64,000 bases of DNA from Candidatus Caldarchaeum sp. (GTDB lineage Archaea; Thermoproteota; Nitrososphaeria_A; Caldarchaeales; Caldarchaeaceae): contig JAVZZH010000002.1 of the NCBI GenBank assembly GCA_038885755.1, forward strand, positions 1-64,000, given 5' to 3'. The notes under the pieces were generated by a model, which worked only from the letters and a program-made list of their open reading frames with translations, was not told the origin of the DNA and searched no databases. Position numbers and translations under genes: made by a program. Of this stretch, positions 1 to 10,202 are shown one piece after another (the stretch's first letter is position 1; every line of letters begins with the position of its first letter).

Positions 1-3
1 GCT

Positions 4-903
4 GTGGCTGCTGCTGGCATGGTGGTCCTGCTATCAATACCTACCATGGCTGCTGAAAACAACTTCATCATAACCCTAGCATTCATCTTCTCAGCCTACA
101 CAACGCTGGCGCTGGCGTGGAACATAGTAGGGGGCTTCGCAGGGCAGCTGAACCTCGGCCATGCAGCCTTCTTCGGCGTAGGGGCCTATGTTTTATCCTT
201 GGTTTCGACCGCCGGAATGCATCCCTACTTAGGCGTGCTGGGCGGTGGAGCTGCAGCAGTCGGGTTAGCTTTGTTGATGTCGCCTCTACTAAGGCTGCGT
301 GGGGATTATTTCGCCATAGGCACGCTCAGCCTAGCTGAAGCCATCAAGATAGCGATCCTAAACGTACACGCATACGGCATGAGGGTTGCGCCGTATCCAG
401 GATTAGGCCGCATAGAGAACTACTACTTTCTCTCAGGGCTTTTGACCGCCGCATCCCTCACAACATACTTCATCCTAAGGTCGAGGCTCAAGCTAGCTCT
501 CGTCTCGATCAGGGAGAACGAAGTTCTCGCCGCGGGGAGCGGGGTGAATCCTCTGAAATACAAGATTCTAGCCCTTGTCGTGAGCGGGTTGTTCGCAGGC
601 TTGACGGGTGGAATATACGGCTACAACCTTCTATACGTTCCAGCGGAGCATGTCTTCTCGATAGAGTGGACGATAATCCCCCTCTTCATGGTTTTGATAG
701 GCGGCCGAGGAACGTTGACCGGCCCCCTGATAGGAGCCGTGCTATACCTAGGCATCTACTACCTTCTCCAGTTCACGATAACGGAGATAAGCCTGCTTGT
801 CTTCGGGCTGACAGTGGTGCTGATTATAAAATTCATGCCTCAGGGATTGGTAGAAACGGTTTTAATAAATAGGGTTGGGGTGAAGAGAGCCAGCATTCCT
901 TAA
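4..903 (+). CDS. livM: Branched-chain amino acid ABC transporter permease (LivM-like); may be 5'-truncated by the window edge
   Basis: Multi-TM protein with motifs WNIVGGFAGQLNLGHAAFFGVGAY, LRGDYFAIGTL, IRENE and VLIGGRGTLTGP. Confidence 0.9.
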   Translation: MAAAGMVVLLSIPTMAAENNFIITLAFIFSAYTTLALAWNIVGGFAGQLNLGHAAFFGVGAYVLSLVSTAGMHPYLGVLGGGAAAVGLALLMSPLLRLRGDYFAIGTLSLAEAIKIAILNVHAYGMRVAPYPGLGRIENYYFLSGLLTAASLTTYFILRSRLKLALVSIRENEVLAAGSGVNPLKYKILALVVSGLFAGLTGGIYGYNLLYVPAEHVFSIEWTIIPLFMVLIGGRGTLTGPLIGAVLYLGIYYLLQFTITEISLLVFGLTVVLIIKFMPQGLVETVLINRVGVKRASIP

Positions 904-2276
904 CGGGATTCCCATGGCGGGAAGGGATATATCGGCGTAGTCGTAGCCTTGTCGGACGGCCATATTATCTCAAGCTTTCCGCCACGCCACTGCAAAAGCA
1001 GAATCAGCTTGTCGGTGTTGTTCATCTTGCCTCCGGGCCCGAAGCTAACGGTCCCCATCATGGTTTGGAACTGTAGGCTTGCGAGAGCTTCTCTTATTCT
1101 CTCCCTGTCGAGCAAGCCGGCCCACTCTAAAGCCTTGACCGCGATCTGGCCCGTCGAGTAATGGATGCCCAGCAAGGTCGGAGGCCTGTTAGTCTCTTGA
1201 CGATACTTCCTAACCAAGTCTGCAGCACCCGGAAGCGATTCATGCCATACGAAGGCGGCTGTCACATACTCTGCGTCGGCTCCAAGCTGTGATCCGAACG
1301 TTCCCGTAGCCGTCCCCCTGGTAAAGGCCCAGATCTTTGGAGAAAACCTGAGCTCCTTGGCTATCTTGATCATGTTGATGGCGTCCGGCGGTCCCGGAAT
1401 GGCACCCACCACGTCCGGGTTGAGCGCCTTTGTCTTCGTCACTAGAGCAGTCAGGTCGGATCCTGGGGTATACTTCTCACGCAGAACAATCTCATACCCG
1501 TACTGTTTGGCGTAGTTTTCAAACCATGTTGCGTTGTCGGCGCCGAGGTCTGAAGCTTCCTCCCAGATAGCTATGGTTCGAGGCCTCTGGCCGGGTGGCA
1601 GGCTGTTGAAGAAGTTGAAGTATACGCCTACCTCGTCCCGTGCAAGGTGGAAATTCGAGAACAGGTACCTGTACGTGGGGGGGATGAATATCTTCTCGGT
1701 CGTGGCCAGAACGCCGACTATCGGGGTTTTCGCCTGCTCGACCACAGGGGCGATAGCTAGGCCGATGTGGCTTCCCGTCTCGCCGATGAGCAGGTCGACC
1801 TTGTCGACGTTGATCAGCTTCTCGATGTTCGCTAAAACCGTTGGAATCTCGCTCTTCGAGTCGTAGACGATGAACTCTATCGGAAGTTTACGGTCATATC
1901 CCATGAGGTAGACGCCTCCCTCAGCGTTCACCTTTTTGAAAACTTCCTCGAGAGCCCATTTCTGCTCCGTCCCGAAGCCCGCCAAGCCGCCTGTCAAGCT
2001 TATCGAAGCACCAATTAAGATCCTATCGCGTGGAGGAGACCTAGCGCCTGCAACAGTTCTAGTCACGGTCTGCATCGCTGTCACGGTCTGGGTGCCGCCC
2101 GCAACTGTTCGTGTGACTGTCTCGACCCGGGTTCCTGAAGAGGAGCCGAGGAAATATCCTCCAACGCCAGCCACGACGCCGACTCCGACGATTGCTCCAG
2201 CGGCTAAGGTGTTGGTTATCGCCTGACGTCGAGTAATACGTTTTTCTTTGTTCATGCGGGTTTCAACGTGCATCAA
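900..2276 (-). CDS. Branched-chain amino acid ABC transporter substrate-binding protein with a Tat-like signal and Thr-rich linker
   Basis: ITRRQAI plus hydrophobic stretch, repeated TVTRTVAG linker, then IGASISLTG, YDSKSE and DKVDLLIG typical of the LivJ/K family. Confidence 0.88.
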   Translation of the reverse strand: MMHVETRMNKEKRITRRQAITNTLAAGAIVGVGVVAGVGGYFLGSSSGTRVETVTRTVAGGTQTVTAMQTVTRTVAGARSPPRDRILIGASISLTGGLAGFGTEQKWALEEVFKKVNAEGGVYLMGYDRKLPIEFIVYDSKSEIPTVLANIEKLINVDKVDLLIGETGSHIGLAIAPVVEQAKTPIVGVLATTEKIFIPPTYRYLFSNFHLARDEVGVYFNFFNSLPPGQRPRTIAIWEEASDLGADNATWFENYAKQYGYEIVLREKYTPGSDLTALVTKTKALNPDVVGAIPGPPDAINMIKIAKELRFSPKIWAFTRGTATGTFGSQLGADAEYVTAAFVWHESLPGAADLVRKYRQETNRPPTLLGIHYSTGQIAVKALEWAGLLDRERIREALASLQFQTMMGTVSFGPGGKMNNTDKLILLLQWRGGKLEIIWPSDKATTTPIYPFPPWESR

Positions 2277-2313
2277 AAACTTATAAGCTTTAACCGCAGC
2301 CGGGCCACGTAGT

Positions 2314-4566
2314 TCACTGACTCAGCTCGTAAACACGTGTCGGCTCGCCGGTGTTTCGGCTGAATTTGTAGACATGCGCGTCTGTGCCCGTGAAGAGCTC
2401 TTCGTCGTGTGTTATTACCAGTACCTGGTTTATTGTTTGGGCTAGTGATGTGAAGAGATGGGATAGTCTTGACCTGTTCTCGGGGTCCAGATGCAATGTC
2501 GGCTCGTCGAGTATGAAGAACCCAAGCCGTTCCGCCCCCAAGACATCGCCTATCGCGAGACGCAAAGCCAGCGCCACACCAACACGTTCACCTCCACTCA
2601 GCGAATCAACAGAAACCTCACGCCCGTGCGAAAAACATTCAACCACAACGTCTCCGTTCTCCTCGACAACAGCTATGTCGTCCACCAGTAAGTTGAGAAT
2701 CTCGACGTAGCGTGAAACCGCTTGAGAGACCTTCTTGACAGCCCAAGACCTGAGAGAACGCGGGACGTAGCCGTCTCTGCTGTAGACCTCTCTCCTGACG
2801 AGCTCAAGAAGCTCGTAGAATTTCACAGCCCGAGTCAGCTTAGAGTGTGTCTCCTGAAGAGTTTTCAGCTGATCCCGAACATTCTCAAGTATTCTTTGCT
2901 TCTCCGCTATCCGGCCTCTGAGCATACCCGCCTCCCTCCTGACCTCGTTAAGCTCTTTCTCCAGTTCCTCAACAGCACCGCTGTCTACGGCCGCCGCCCT
3001 GTCATAGTTAGACCTAAGGAATTCAAACCATTCAGCCTCACGTCCGCCAAGCCTCGACAACGGCTCTAGCTCCCGAACAGTTATTTCATGCAGCTTCTTC
3101 GTCTTATTCCTCTCAACCAGCACGCTCAAATCTCTGCATGTTTGCTTAAGGTCCTCCAGCATCCGTTTGTCTGAGATACGTTTATTCTCCAGCCATAGTT
3201 TGGCCCTCCCCAGCCTTTCCCTAAACCTATCCACGGTAGCGCCGTCAAACGTCTTGAGTTCTTCAAGCCTCTCGCCTACCTCTGTTGATTCTCTCCTCTT
3301 GGCCTCGAGCTCCTCTTTCAACCTAGCTATCAACTCCCGCAGCTCCTGCACCATGCAGCTTACGCCGCTGGCGCGGCCGGCCTCATGGGCCTCGACAACC
3401 AACTCCGGCAGGCTCCGAGACTCCGCCTTCACTACGTCAGTCCACCTACCAGCCTCTTCAACCAGTCCACGGCCGGCGGCTTCCAGGGCTTTTTCAGCCG
3501 CGTCGATAATCCTAGCGCCAACCTCAACGGCTCGGTTTCGAACCTGCTCCAAGCCCGTGGCCTGCACGCTGATCGCTGCATTATTGTCGAGTGCCTCCAG
3601 CCGTTTTTCCTCCTCCTTCAGCCGCTTTCGAAGAGCCTCAACATCCCTGTCAATAACGGTCTTCCTCTCTCGGACTTCTTCCAGCTCTTTCTCGACCTTC
3701 CTGAACTCGGCCTCCCTCTCCACGATGGAAATATTTTCCTCCGCCTCGACGATGTCCCTCTCCTTGTCCTTGATCCAGTTCTCGGCCGAGTTTAACAGGC
3801 TCCTGAGGGCTGTTTCGGTCTTCACACGCGTCTCGAACAAGCTCCTGAGACTCTGAGCCTTTTCCTCGAGCTTCTTCTCACGCTCCGCGACGGCCTGCAA
3901 CAGGCTCGTGTCTTTGTCCAACTCCTCGGCAATCCTCCTCTGTTCCTCCTCCAGCTGTTTCAATCGTTCCTCCAAATTTTCTGCATCAGAAACGGAAAAC
4001 CTGAGCTCCCTCCTCACCTTGTCGTCAAACATTTCGATGATTTTCCTCATGTTGTCGTAAGCCGCTTCCGACCCTATTCCTATAAGGTCGTCGAACAAGT
4101 TTTTCAGCTCCCTAGGCTTCATCGAGATTATTCTGTCAAGCTCTCCCTGCTGGACGACGACGCATGACTTCAGCTTTTCATAATCCAGTCCAAACAAGTT
4201 GGCGATGTATTCTGACACGCCCTGCTTTCTTCTCTCGCCGACGATTACGGGCTTGCCGTCTTTGACGACCTCGGCGTGCTCGAGCCCTCCATCCCATCCG
4301 AAGGCCCTCGAGACCGTATACCGGCTTCCGTTGTAGAAGAGATCGACCTGAACCTTGCCCCCGCCTCCATACAGATTGTTCACGACGTTCCGCACCTCTC
4401 CACGGCTGTGTCTCCCGTAAAGACAGTACAGCAGGGCGTCCACGACAGAGCTCTTGCCCGCACCATTACGTCCTATGAAGACGTTAAGCCCTCTCCTCAG
4501 CTCAAGCGACGTCTCCCTGTGCGACATGAAGTTCCTAATCTCAATCCGCTCTATCAACAGCTTCAC
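2314..4566 (-). CDS. rad50: Rad50 DNA double-strand break repair ATPase
   Basis: Walker A GRNGAGKSS, Q-loop VVQQGE, long coiled coil, signature LSGGE, Walker B/D-loop ILDEPTLHLD, ITHD; follows mre11. GTG start at 4566 with SD-like GGAGAGGT is preferred over the ORF start at 4605. Confidence 0.93.
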   Translation of the reverse strand: MKLLIERIEIRNFMSHRETSLELRRGLNVFIGRNGAGKSSVVDALLYCLYGRHSRGEVRNVVNNLYGGGGKVQVDLFYNGSRYTVSRAFGWDGGLEHAEVVKDGKPVIVGERRKQGVSEYIANLFGLDYEKLKSCVVVQQGELDRIISMKPRELKNLFDDLIGIGSEAAYDNMRKIIEMFDDKVRRELRFSVSDAENLEERLKQLEEEQRRIAEELDKDTSLLQAVAEREKKLEEKAQSLRSLFETRVKTETALRSLLNSAENWIKDKERDIVEAEENISIVEREAEFRKVEKELEEVRERKTVIDRDVEALRKRLKEEEKRLEALDNNAAISVQATGLEQVRNRAVEVGARIIDAAEKALEAAGRGLVEEAGRWTDVVKAESRSLPELVVEAHEAGRASGVSCMVQELRELIARLKEELEAKRRESTEVGERLEELKTFDGATVDRFRERLGRAKLWLENKRISDKRMLEDLKQTCRDLSVLVERNKTKKLHEITVRELEPLSRLGGREAEWFEFLRSNYDRAAAVDSGAVEELEKELNEVRREAGMLRGRIAEKQRILENVRDQLKTLQETHSKLTRAVKFYELLELVRREVYSRDGYVPRSLRSWAVKKVSQAVSRYVEILNLLVDDIAVVEENGDVVVECFSHGREVSVDSLSGGERVGVALALRLAIGDVLGAERLGFFILDEPTLHLDPENRSRLSHLFTSLAQTINQVLVITHDEELFTGTDAHVYKFSRNTGEPTRVYELSQ

Positions 4567-5674
4567 ACCTCTCCCTATAATGTTTCCATACAAGCTCGAA
4601 AGCATGCTTGACAGCTCCCTCTACAAGCAATCGCCTAAACTCGCCTGTGAAGAAGACGGCGTCTACATCGTCCTTTATGACCTCGGAAGCCAGCTTCACC
4701 AACTCCCTCTCTATGTCCGGCGGCTCGTCGTAAACCATGCCGTTGCCTCCCCTGACTACCTGCATGATTCTCCCGCCGTGCAGCAGGTACTTCTCCGAAA
4801 GCTTCTCCTCCAGCTGTCGCATGTTCCTGCGTTCGGTTGTGCGGACCATGAGTGAGAGGAGTGGTTTTTTCACGTGGTTTTCGGACAAAAGCTGTGAAAC
4901 CATCATCGCGACGTCTTCTTCATCCACCTGCCTGACGATCTTCGGCCTTACGTTGCTCAGCCTCACCCATTCAAGATCCGGCTCGCCTCCAGAAAGGTCG
5001 ACAACGTAGAACCCGCATTCGTCTGGGTCGTCTATCTTAGTCCAGTGCAGGGCGCCAGGGTATGCTAGAAGGCCTCTGCCTTTTACTCGTCTGGAGGGGG
5101 TGTGGATGTGCCCCATCGCATAGTAGTCGAATTCGTCGGGAATCATCGCTATGGATAGGTCTCCAGCAGGGCCGTGAAGCTCGTTGAGTCCTTGATGGAG
5201 GATTAGAATCTTCTTCCCAGAGCCCGTGTTCCGTGCTTCGGCCGCTATTCTATCAAGCTTCTCCTCGAGCCTTCCTGTGAATGCTTTGTGATGCCTCATC
5301 AAGCCGAACACGCTTATCTGTTCGTCTCCATGTCTTCTTCCGTCGCCAACGTATTCTGCGAGTCCGAGAACGGAGTCGAGCAGTAGCGGGCTGGGTGTTC
5401 CCGGGTAGCTGGCTATGTCGTGTTCGCCCAAAGTGAAGTAGGTTTTGACACCGCTGCGGGAAAGCCTGCCGAGCTCTTTCAGTAAAACCTTGAGCGGCGT
5501 TCCGTACACGAGTGGTTTGTTCAGGATGTCGCCTGAGTGGACAACGACTCGGACGTGGTCTTCCAGTATCTTGTCAACCGCTTCGCTGAAGGCCTCGTAA
5601 TGGTCATTCTCCCTCTCCTCATCCTCACCCATGTACCTGCCTAGATGTGTGTCGGAGAGATGGGCGATGATCAT
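4541..5674 (-). CDS. mre11: Mre11 nuclease
   Basis: Phosphoesterase motifs HLSDTHLG, HSGD, GEHD, LHQG, YYAMGHIH and YPG; operon context. Confidence 0.93.
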   Translation of the reverse strand: MIIAHLSDTHLGRYMGEDEERENDHYEAFSEAVDKILEDHVRVVVHSGDILNKPLVYGTPLKVLLKELGRLSRSGVKTYFTLGEHDIASYPGTPSPLLLDSVLGLAEYVGDGRRHGDEQISVFGLMRHHKAFTGRLEEKLDRIAAEARNTGSGKKILILHQGLNELHGPAGDLSIAMIPDEFDYYAMGHIHTPSRRVKGRGLLAYPGALHWTKIDDPDECGFYVVDLSGGEPDLEWVRLSNVRPKIVRQVDEEDVAMMVSQLLSENHVKKPLLSLMVRTTERRNMRQLEEKLSEKYLLHGGRIMQVVRGGNGMVYDEPPDIERELVKLASEVIKDDVDAVFFTGEFRRLLVEGAVKHAFELVWKHYRERCEAVDRAD

Positions 5675-7149
5675 GGCCTGATCAAGTCTTCAGGAGACGA
5701 AAGCGTTGTCTCTCTATCCTCCAGCCATTGTTTGACGGCGTCGATGTCTCTGCCGATTAGTTTCTCCTCGACTCTGTCCACCAACACGAGCGTGGTTGTT
5801 TTCACCCACTGTCCTGCCAGGATCATTTCTCCCGTGTTGAGGCAAGGCAGGTTCACGCCTAGCTCCTCTGAAACGAAATCGGTGGATTTTGTGATGAAGG
5901 CTTGGTCTTCTGGATGGGTTATTCCAGATATTGCGAAGCTGCCCATCTGGCTGACGACGTCCGGGTCAAGCCTGTTGGGCCTCTGCGACACGATGATGAG
6001 CCCTACGCCGAACTTCCTCCCCTCCCTAGCAACTCTCGAAACAACATCGGCGCATTCGCTGCCACCCTTGTCGGCTGGGATGAAGACATGAGCCTCCTCC
6101 ACAGCGACCAGCACGGGCGAGGTGAATTTAGCGTCGTATCCTAAAACAGCGTTCTTGCGGTCGTTAAGTATCTCCAGCAGAAAGTGGCGTAGAAGTATCT
6201 GGGCCTGCTTCTCCGTGAACTCGGAGAGGTCCACCACGTTTATTCTGTTTCTCTTAAGCGACTCGAGCACGGTTCTGCTTTTCTCATCGAATATCCGGCC
6301 CTTTATGCTGAGGGCTCGTTCTATTATTTCAAGCAGTCTCGAAGCTGTTTGGGCTGTGTTTGAATCGCTGTTGTCGTCGTTCGCTATGCCGCGGAGCCTG
6401 TTTCTCAAATCCTCCCAGAAGTTTTCCCTTGTCCGAGAATCCCTGAACACGTTCGAGAGGATGCTTCTCTGTTTCTCGGCGCTTGAGCGGATGTCGAGAA
6501 GGTCGGCTAATTCCTCTGAGTCTAGGTTTCTGGGGTTGATGCGTGGAGCGACGTAGTGCGTTTTCCTGCTTTTCATCTGGCTGTACTCGGCGTGGTAGTC
6601 GAAGATGACCATGGTGCCGTTTCTCTCAGCGGTCCTCTTAGCTATGAGGGCGAGAAGGTTTGACTTGCCCTTACCTGTCGTCGCCAAGATGGCTAGGTGT
6701 CTAGACGCTACTTTGTTCAGGTTCACGGCGACTCCGACGCTAGGCCTCCTCAGCAGACGCCCCACCTCAACCCATTCCTCGCCCTCCATCCTGTACACAG
6801 ACCTCAGCAACCCGTCGTCAACATCGTAGACGTAAGAGCCCGGCTCGGGTGGGATGGATGGAGTCGCCGCCCTCCAGCCGTCCTTGAACATGCCGAGAGC
6901 CCTCGCTACGCAGGTGTAGCTTCTGTCCCGTGGGTTTAGTTGGGAGGCTCGCCGGGCTTCTTCAGCCGTGATGAAGTCTCTGACGGTTGACAAGAGCTTG
7001 CTCTCGGTCTCCGAGCGCTCAACCATGTACAGGACCTGGCCTTCAGCTGCATCGACCATCACAAACTCACCCACTTTGACAGGTCTGTTGGACAGGAACA
7101 TGACACGGTCCGGCATCGACCGTCCCACAACTATCCCCACGCTACTCAA
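5671..7149 (-). CDS. herA: HerA bipolar helicase/translocase
   Basis: N-terminal HAS barrel, RHLAILATTGKGKSN, IFDYHAEY, VEEAH and REGRKFGVGLIIVSQRP. Confidence 0.95.
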   Translation of the reverse strand: MSSVGIVVGRSMPDRVMFLSNRPVKVGEFVMVDAAEGQVLYMVERSETESKLLSTVRDFITAEEARRASQLNPRDRSYTCVARALGMFKDGWRAATPSIPPEPGSYVYDVDDGLLRSVYRMEGEEWVEVGRLLRRPSVGVAVNLNKVASRHLAILATTGKGKSNLLALIAKRTAERNGTMVIFDYHAEYSQMKSRKTHYVAPRINPRNLDSEELADLLDIRSSAEKQRSILSNVFRDSRTRENFWEDLRNRLRGIANDDNSDSNTAQTASRLLEIIERALSIKGRIFDEKSRTVLESLKRNRINVVDLSEFTEKQAQILLRHFLLEILNDRKNAVLGYDAKFTSPVLVAVEEAHVFIPADKGGSECADVVSRVAREGRKFGVGLIIVSQRPNRLDPDVVSQMGSFAISGITHPEDQAFITKSTDFVSEELGVNLPCLNTGEMILAGQWVKTTTLVLVDRVEEKLIGRDIDAVKQWLEDRETTLSSPEDLIRP

Positions 7150-8014
7150 GGCTCAACACCTCCCTAGCTTGCTCAAAACTAGCAAACCCTGCAGCCTCGG
7201 CAAGCATGACCATCAACTCGTAAGAGAAGCCGGCTAATTGATGAGCTGTCAACAGCTCCGCCGGATATCCCTTGACCGACGTGGTGGACAGAGCGTCCAT
7301 CAACTCCTCTATGTCGGAGGCTGAAACGGGCTGGGTGGACTCGAAATGAAGCGCCGGCGTGTTTCTAGCGAGTCGTGCGTAGAAGACCCAGACGTAGCCG
7401 CCCAAGGTCTCCAACTCTCTGGCAGCCGGTAGTGTGTACCCCGTTTCAGAGGTTGATCTGTTGATGTAGTAAACGTCCCCGAGCAGGCCTTCAAACATGC
7501 TGTTGTCCTGCGAATACTTTGAGACGAAGAAAATTCTCCTGTCCAGAAGTGGTCTGAGGTTCGCCAGATACTCGTTGAACATCTTAATACCCTTCAGACG
7601 GGATGCTTTTACAGTTCTTGCGAGCAGAGAACCGTCGACAAGCGTGCAGTCAAGGTCTGCGGCTGATTTCGCCGCGAGCCTGTGTTCGTGAGACTCGGCT
7701 ACAGCTTCAACGTATAGTTGGGGGAGGAGTCCTTCAGTTCTTGCGACCAACTCTACTTCAGCAACCGATGGCACTACATCATTACCGCTTCTGTCAACTG
7801 CAACGGCCTTCAAACCGTATAGGAAAAACCCGTGATACAGTAGCGTGTTCCAACCGCTGTCAACAGCAGCCACAGACGAATCTACGGCTCTAGGTTCGTA
7901 AACATTCCAAGCCGCTTCAGCTTCTTTGAGATAACGCTTGGCATCGTCTCCCACCAGTATTTCACGGCTTCGTACACCTAGGCCGACCGCCTTACTGAAC
8001 AGGCTTTCCAGCAA
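7142..8014 (-). CDS. nurA: NurA 5'-3' nuclease
   Basis: AAVDSG, LVDGSL and GYPAELLTAHQLA motifs; overlaps the herA start. Confidence 0.88.
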   Translation of the reverse strand: MLESLFSKAVGLGVRSREILVGDDAKRYLKEAEAAWNVYEPRAVDSSVAAVDSGWNTLLYHGFFLYGLKAVAVDRSGNDVVPSVAEVELVARTEGLLPQLYVEAVAESHEHRLAAKSAADLDCTLVDGSLLARTVKASRLKGIKMFNEYLANLRPLLDRRIFFVSKYSQDNSMFEGLLGDVYYINRSTSETGYTLPAARELETLGGYVWVFYARLARNTPALHFESTQPVSASDIEELMDALSTTSVKGYPAELLTAHQLAGFSYELMVMLAEAAGFASFEQAREVLSLE

Positions 8015-8514
8015 CCCGCTGAAACATTGTCCCGGATTCTTATTATTCTTTTTTCATTCCGACGAATGCGATGTCCAGAAATAGGCTTTGAGGAGTTTCT
8101 TGACGTTGTGTCTTTACTTGTTCAAGCCTCCACAACTCTGTCGTTCCTGCACATCCCGCACTGCTCCGCCTCCGGGTCTGAACTGAGCCTGCTCAAGTTT
8201 CCTCCTGCGTGTCGCGAAGAATACTTCGCCGGAGTCGTGGCAACCGTCGACGGCGGCAAACCAGTGCCCGATGAGCTTGAACACATGAATGGGTCGGTGA
8301 TTTGTCGACCGTGTCATCCAGAGAAAGCTTCTCTCTTGAGTTGCGGTGCTGAGGTTAGAGATGTCGGGAAGTTGAAGCCTGTGTTTATCGCAGCAGGATT
8401 GTATCCGGCCGGCTCGGGCCGTAGAATCGTGGTTGGCGCTAGGCTGCAGTACAGGCTTGATGCTTGTTCAGCTTTGTCGTCAAGCCGTGAGACACTATTG
8501 TTCGGCCTGCTTTT

Positions 8515-10089
8515 CTAATCGATGACGTTCGTCCTAGACTGTTCTCTGAGGAATGTCAGCAAGTAGTGAGGGCCTCCCACTCCCTTCCCGGTTGCGCCGC
8601 TTGCCTTCCAGCCGACGAATGTCTGAGCTCCTGGCCACGCTCCCGTCGTAGAGCCTCCCTTCCTGTTGGCGTAGGCCACGCCGAACTCGATGTTGCTGAA
8701 GAAGTACTCGATTTCTTTGGGGTCTTCGGAGAAGATTCCCGCTGTGAGGCCGTACTCTGTGTTGTTGGCTTCACGCAGCGCTTCCTCGAGTGTCTCGAAC
8801 TCGTCGACCAGTAGTATTGGTAGGAAGAGCTCTTGTTTGAAGAGTGGATGGCCTCTCGGGAGTTTGTCGATTATCGTCGGCTGCACGTAGTAGCCTTTGT
8901 CAAACTCGCCGCCCGAAAGCACCTCCCCGCCGTACAACACTTCTCCACCGTCTCTCTTCGCCGTTTCAACGCAGCGTCTGTAGTTTTCCACAGCTCTTGC
9001 GTTTATCACGGGCCCGAGGAAGACATCCCTGCGGCGTGGGTCTCCTATCTTGACCTTGCTGGTCTCCTTGACCAGCTCGTCCAAGAACTTCTGCTTAACA
9101 TCTTTCTGGACGTAGAGCCGTGAGGTTGCAGAGCATTTCTGGCCCCCGTAGCCGAAAGCGGCCCTCACAACGCCGAGAACGGCTTTCTTGACGTCGGCTT
9201 TGTTGGTGACGATGGTCGGGTTCTTGCTGCCCATCTCAAGTAGTATGGGCTTCGGATACGGCTGGGATGAGGTGAACCTTCTGTAGAGCCTCATGCCGAC
9301 TTCTTTCGAGCCCGTGAAGGCTATTCCAGCAACGTCGGGGTTGGAGACGATTTCATCCTCGAAGGCTGACCCAGAGCCAGTGAGGTAGTGGAGTGCGCCT
9401 GATGGAACGCCTGCATCCCTGAAGACTCTGTAGAGGAGAAGGCCTGAAAGCGGTGTTTCGCTGGTCGGCTTGAAGACCACGGTGTTGCCTGTGATCAGGG
9501 CTCCCATCATCATGCCGTTCGCCAGCATGAACGGGAAGTTGAACGGCGAGATGACGACCCACACGCCGTAGGGGCGTGCAACCATCCTGCACCGCTCGCC
9601 GGGGCCGCCGGGGCCCAATTCCCGCTCGTAGCCGTTGTTCTCCTCCATAACCCGGGCGTAGTACTTCAGGGCGTCCACCGCCTCCCAGCACTCCGCTAGG
9701 GCCTCGAGCCTATTCTTCCCAGCCTCGTAGGTGATCACGGCCGCTATCTCGAACTTCCTCTCGTCGATGAGCTCAGCCGCTCTCAGGATTATCCTTACTC
9801 TTTCACGCCAGTCCAAGTTCGACCATTCTTGGAAACTTTTCTTGGCTTCCTCGACAGCCCTCCTCATGTGGCCTGCGTTGCCCTTCTGGAAGTATCCGAC
9901 GACGACGGACCTGTCTACCGGGCTTCTCTCCTCGAACTCGCCGTCCTCCGAAAAAACCTCCTCCCCCGCTATGTACATGGGATAGTGTTTTCCAAAGTAT
10001 TTTGACCTCACTTCCTCCAAGGCCTTCTCGTAGGCAGGATGCAGGCTTTCGTCGGCGAAAAGAGAAACATATGTTATCTTAGAAGACAA
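8515..10089 (-). CDS. Aldehyde dehydrogenase, 1-pyrroline-5-carboxylate dehydrogenase-like
   Basis: ISPFNFP, FKPTSETP, FTGS, LEMGSKN, GQKCSATS, ELFLP and YGLTAG. Confidence 0.9.
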   Translation of the reverse strand: MSSKITYVSLFADESLHPAYEKALEEVRSKYFGKHYPMYIAGEEVFSEDGEFEERSPVDRSVVVGYFQKGNAGHMRRAVEEAKKSFQEWSNLDWRERVRIILRAAELIDERKFEIAAVITYEAGKNRLEALAECWEAVDALKYYARVMEENNGYERELGPGGPGERCRMVARPYGVWVVISPFNFPFMLANGMMMGALITGNTVVFKPTSETPLSGLLLYRVFRDAGVPSGALHYLTGSGSAFEDEIVSNPDVAGIAFTGSKEVGMRLYRRFTSSQPYPKPILLEMGSKNPTIVTNKADVKKAVLGVVRAAFGYGGQKCSATSRLYVQKDVKQKFLDELVKETSKVKIGDPRRRDVFLGPVINARAVENYRRCVETAKRDGGEVLYGGEVLSGGEFDKGYYVQPTIIDKLPRGHPLFKQELFLPILLVDEFETLEEALREANNTEYGLTAGIFSEDPKEIEYFFSNIEFGVAYANRKGGSTTGAWPGAQTFVGWKASGATGKGVGGPHYLLTFLREQSRTNVID

Positions 10090-10202
10090 GCACTCACCCG
10101 CTTCAGGAGATCATTAGGACCGTTAAATATCTTTTCATGCTACATCCACATCCCTGGCATGGTAGTCTAATCTTAAAGCCCGCCGTGAGGGGTTTAACGT
10201 TG

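Noticed and set aside
2050-2125. Short direct repeat (TVTRTVAG twice)
   Set aside because: A low-complexity linker in the binding protein, not a CRISPR or mobile-element repeat.
3167-3856. 229-aa antisense ORF within rad50, and similar antisense ORFs across the window
   Set aside because: Ser/Leu-rich mirror of Glu/Lys/Arg-rich sense codons; not credible as a gene.
5671-8014. HerA-NurA as an anti-phage system
   Set aside because: The pair lies in the housekeeping mre11-rad50 repair operon.
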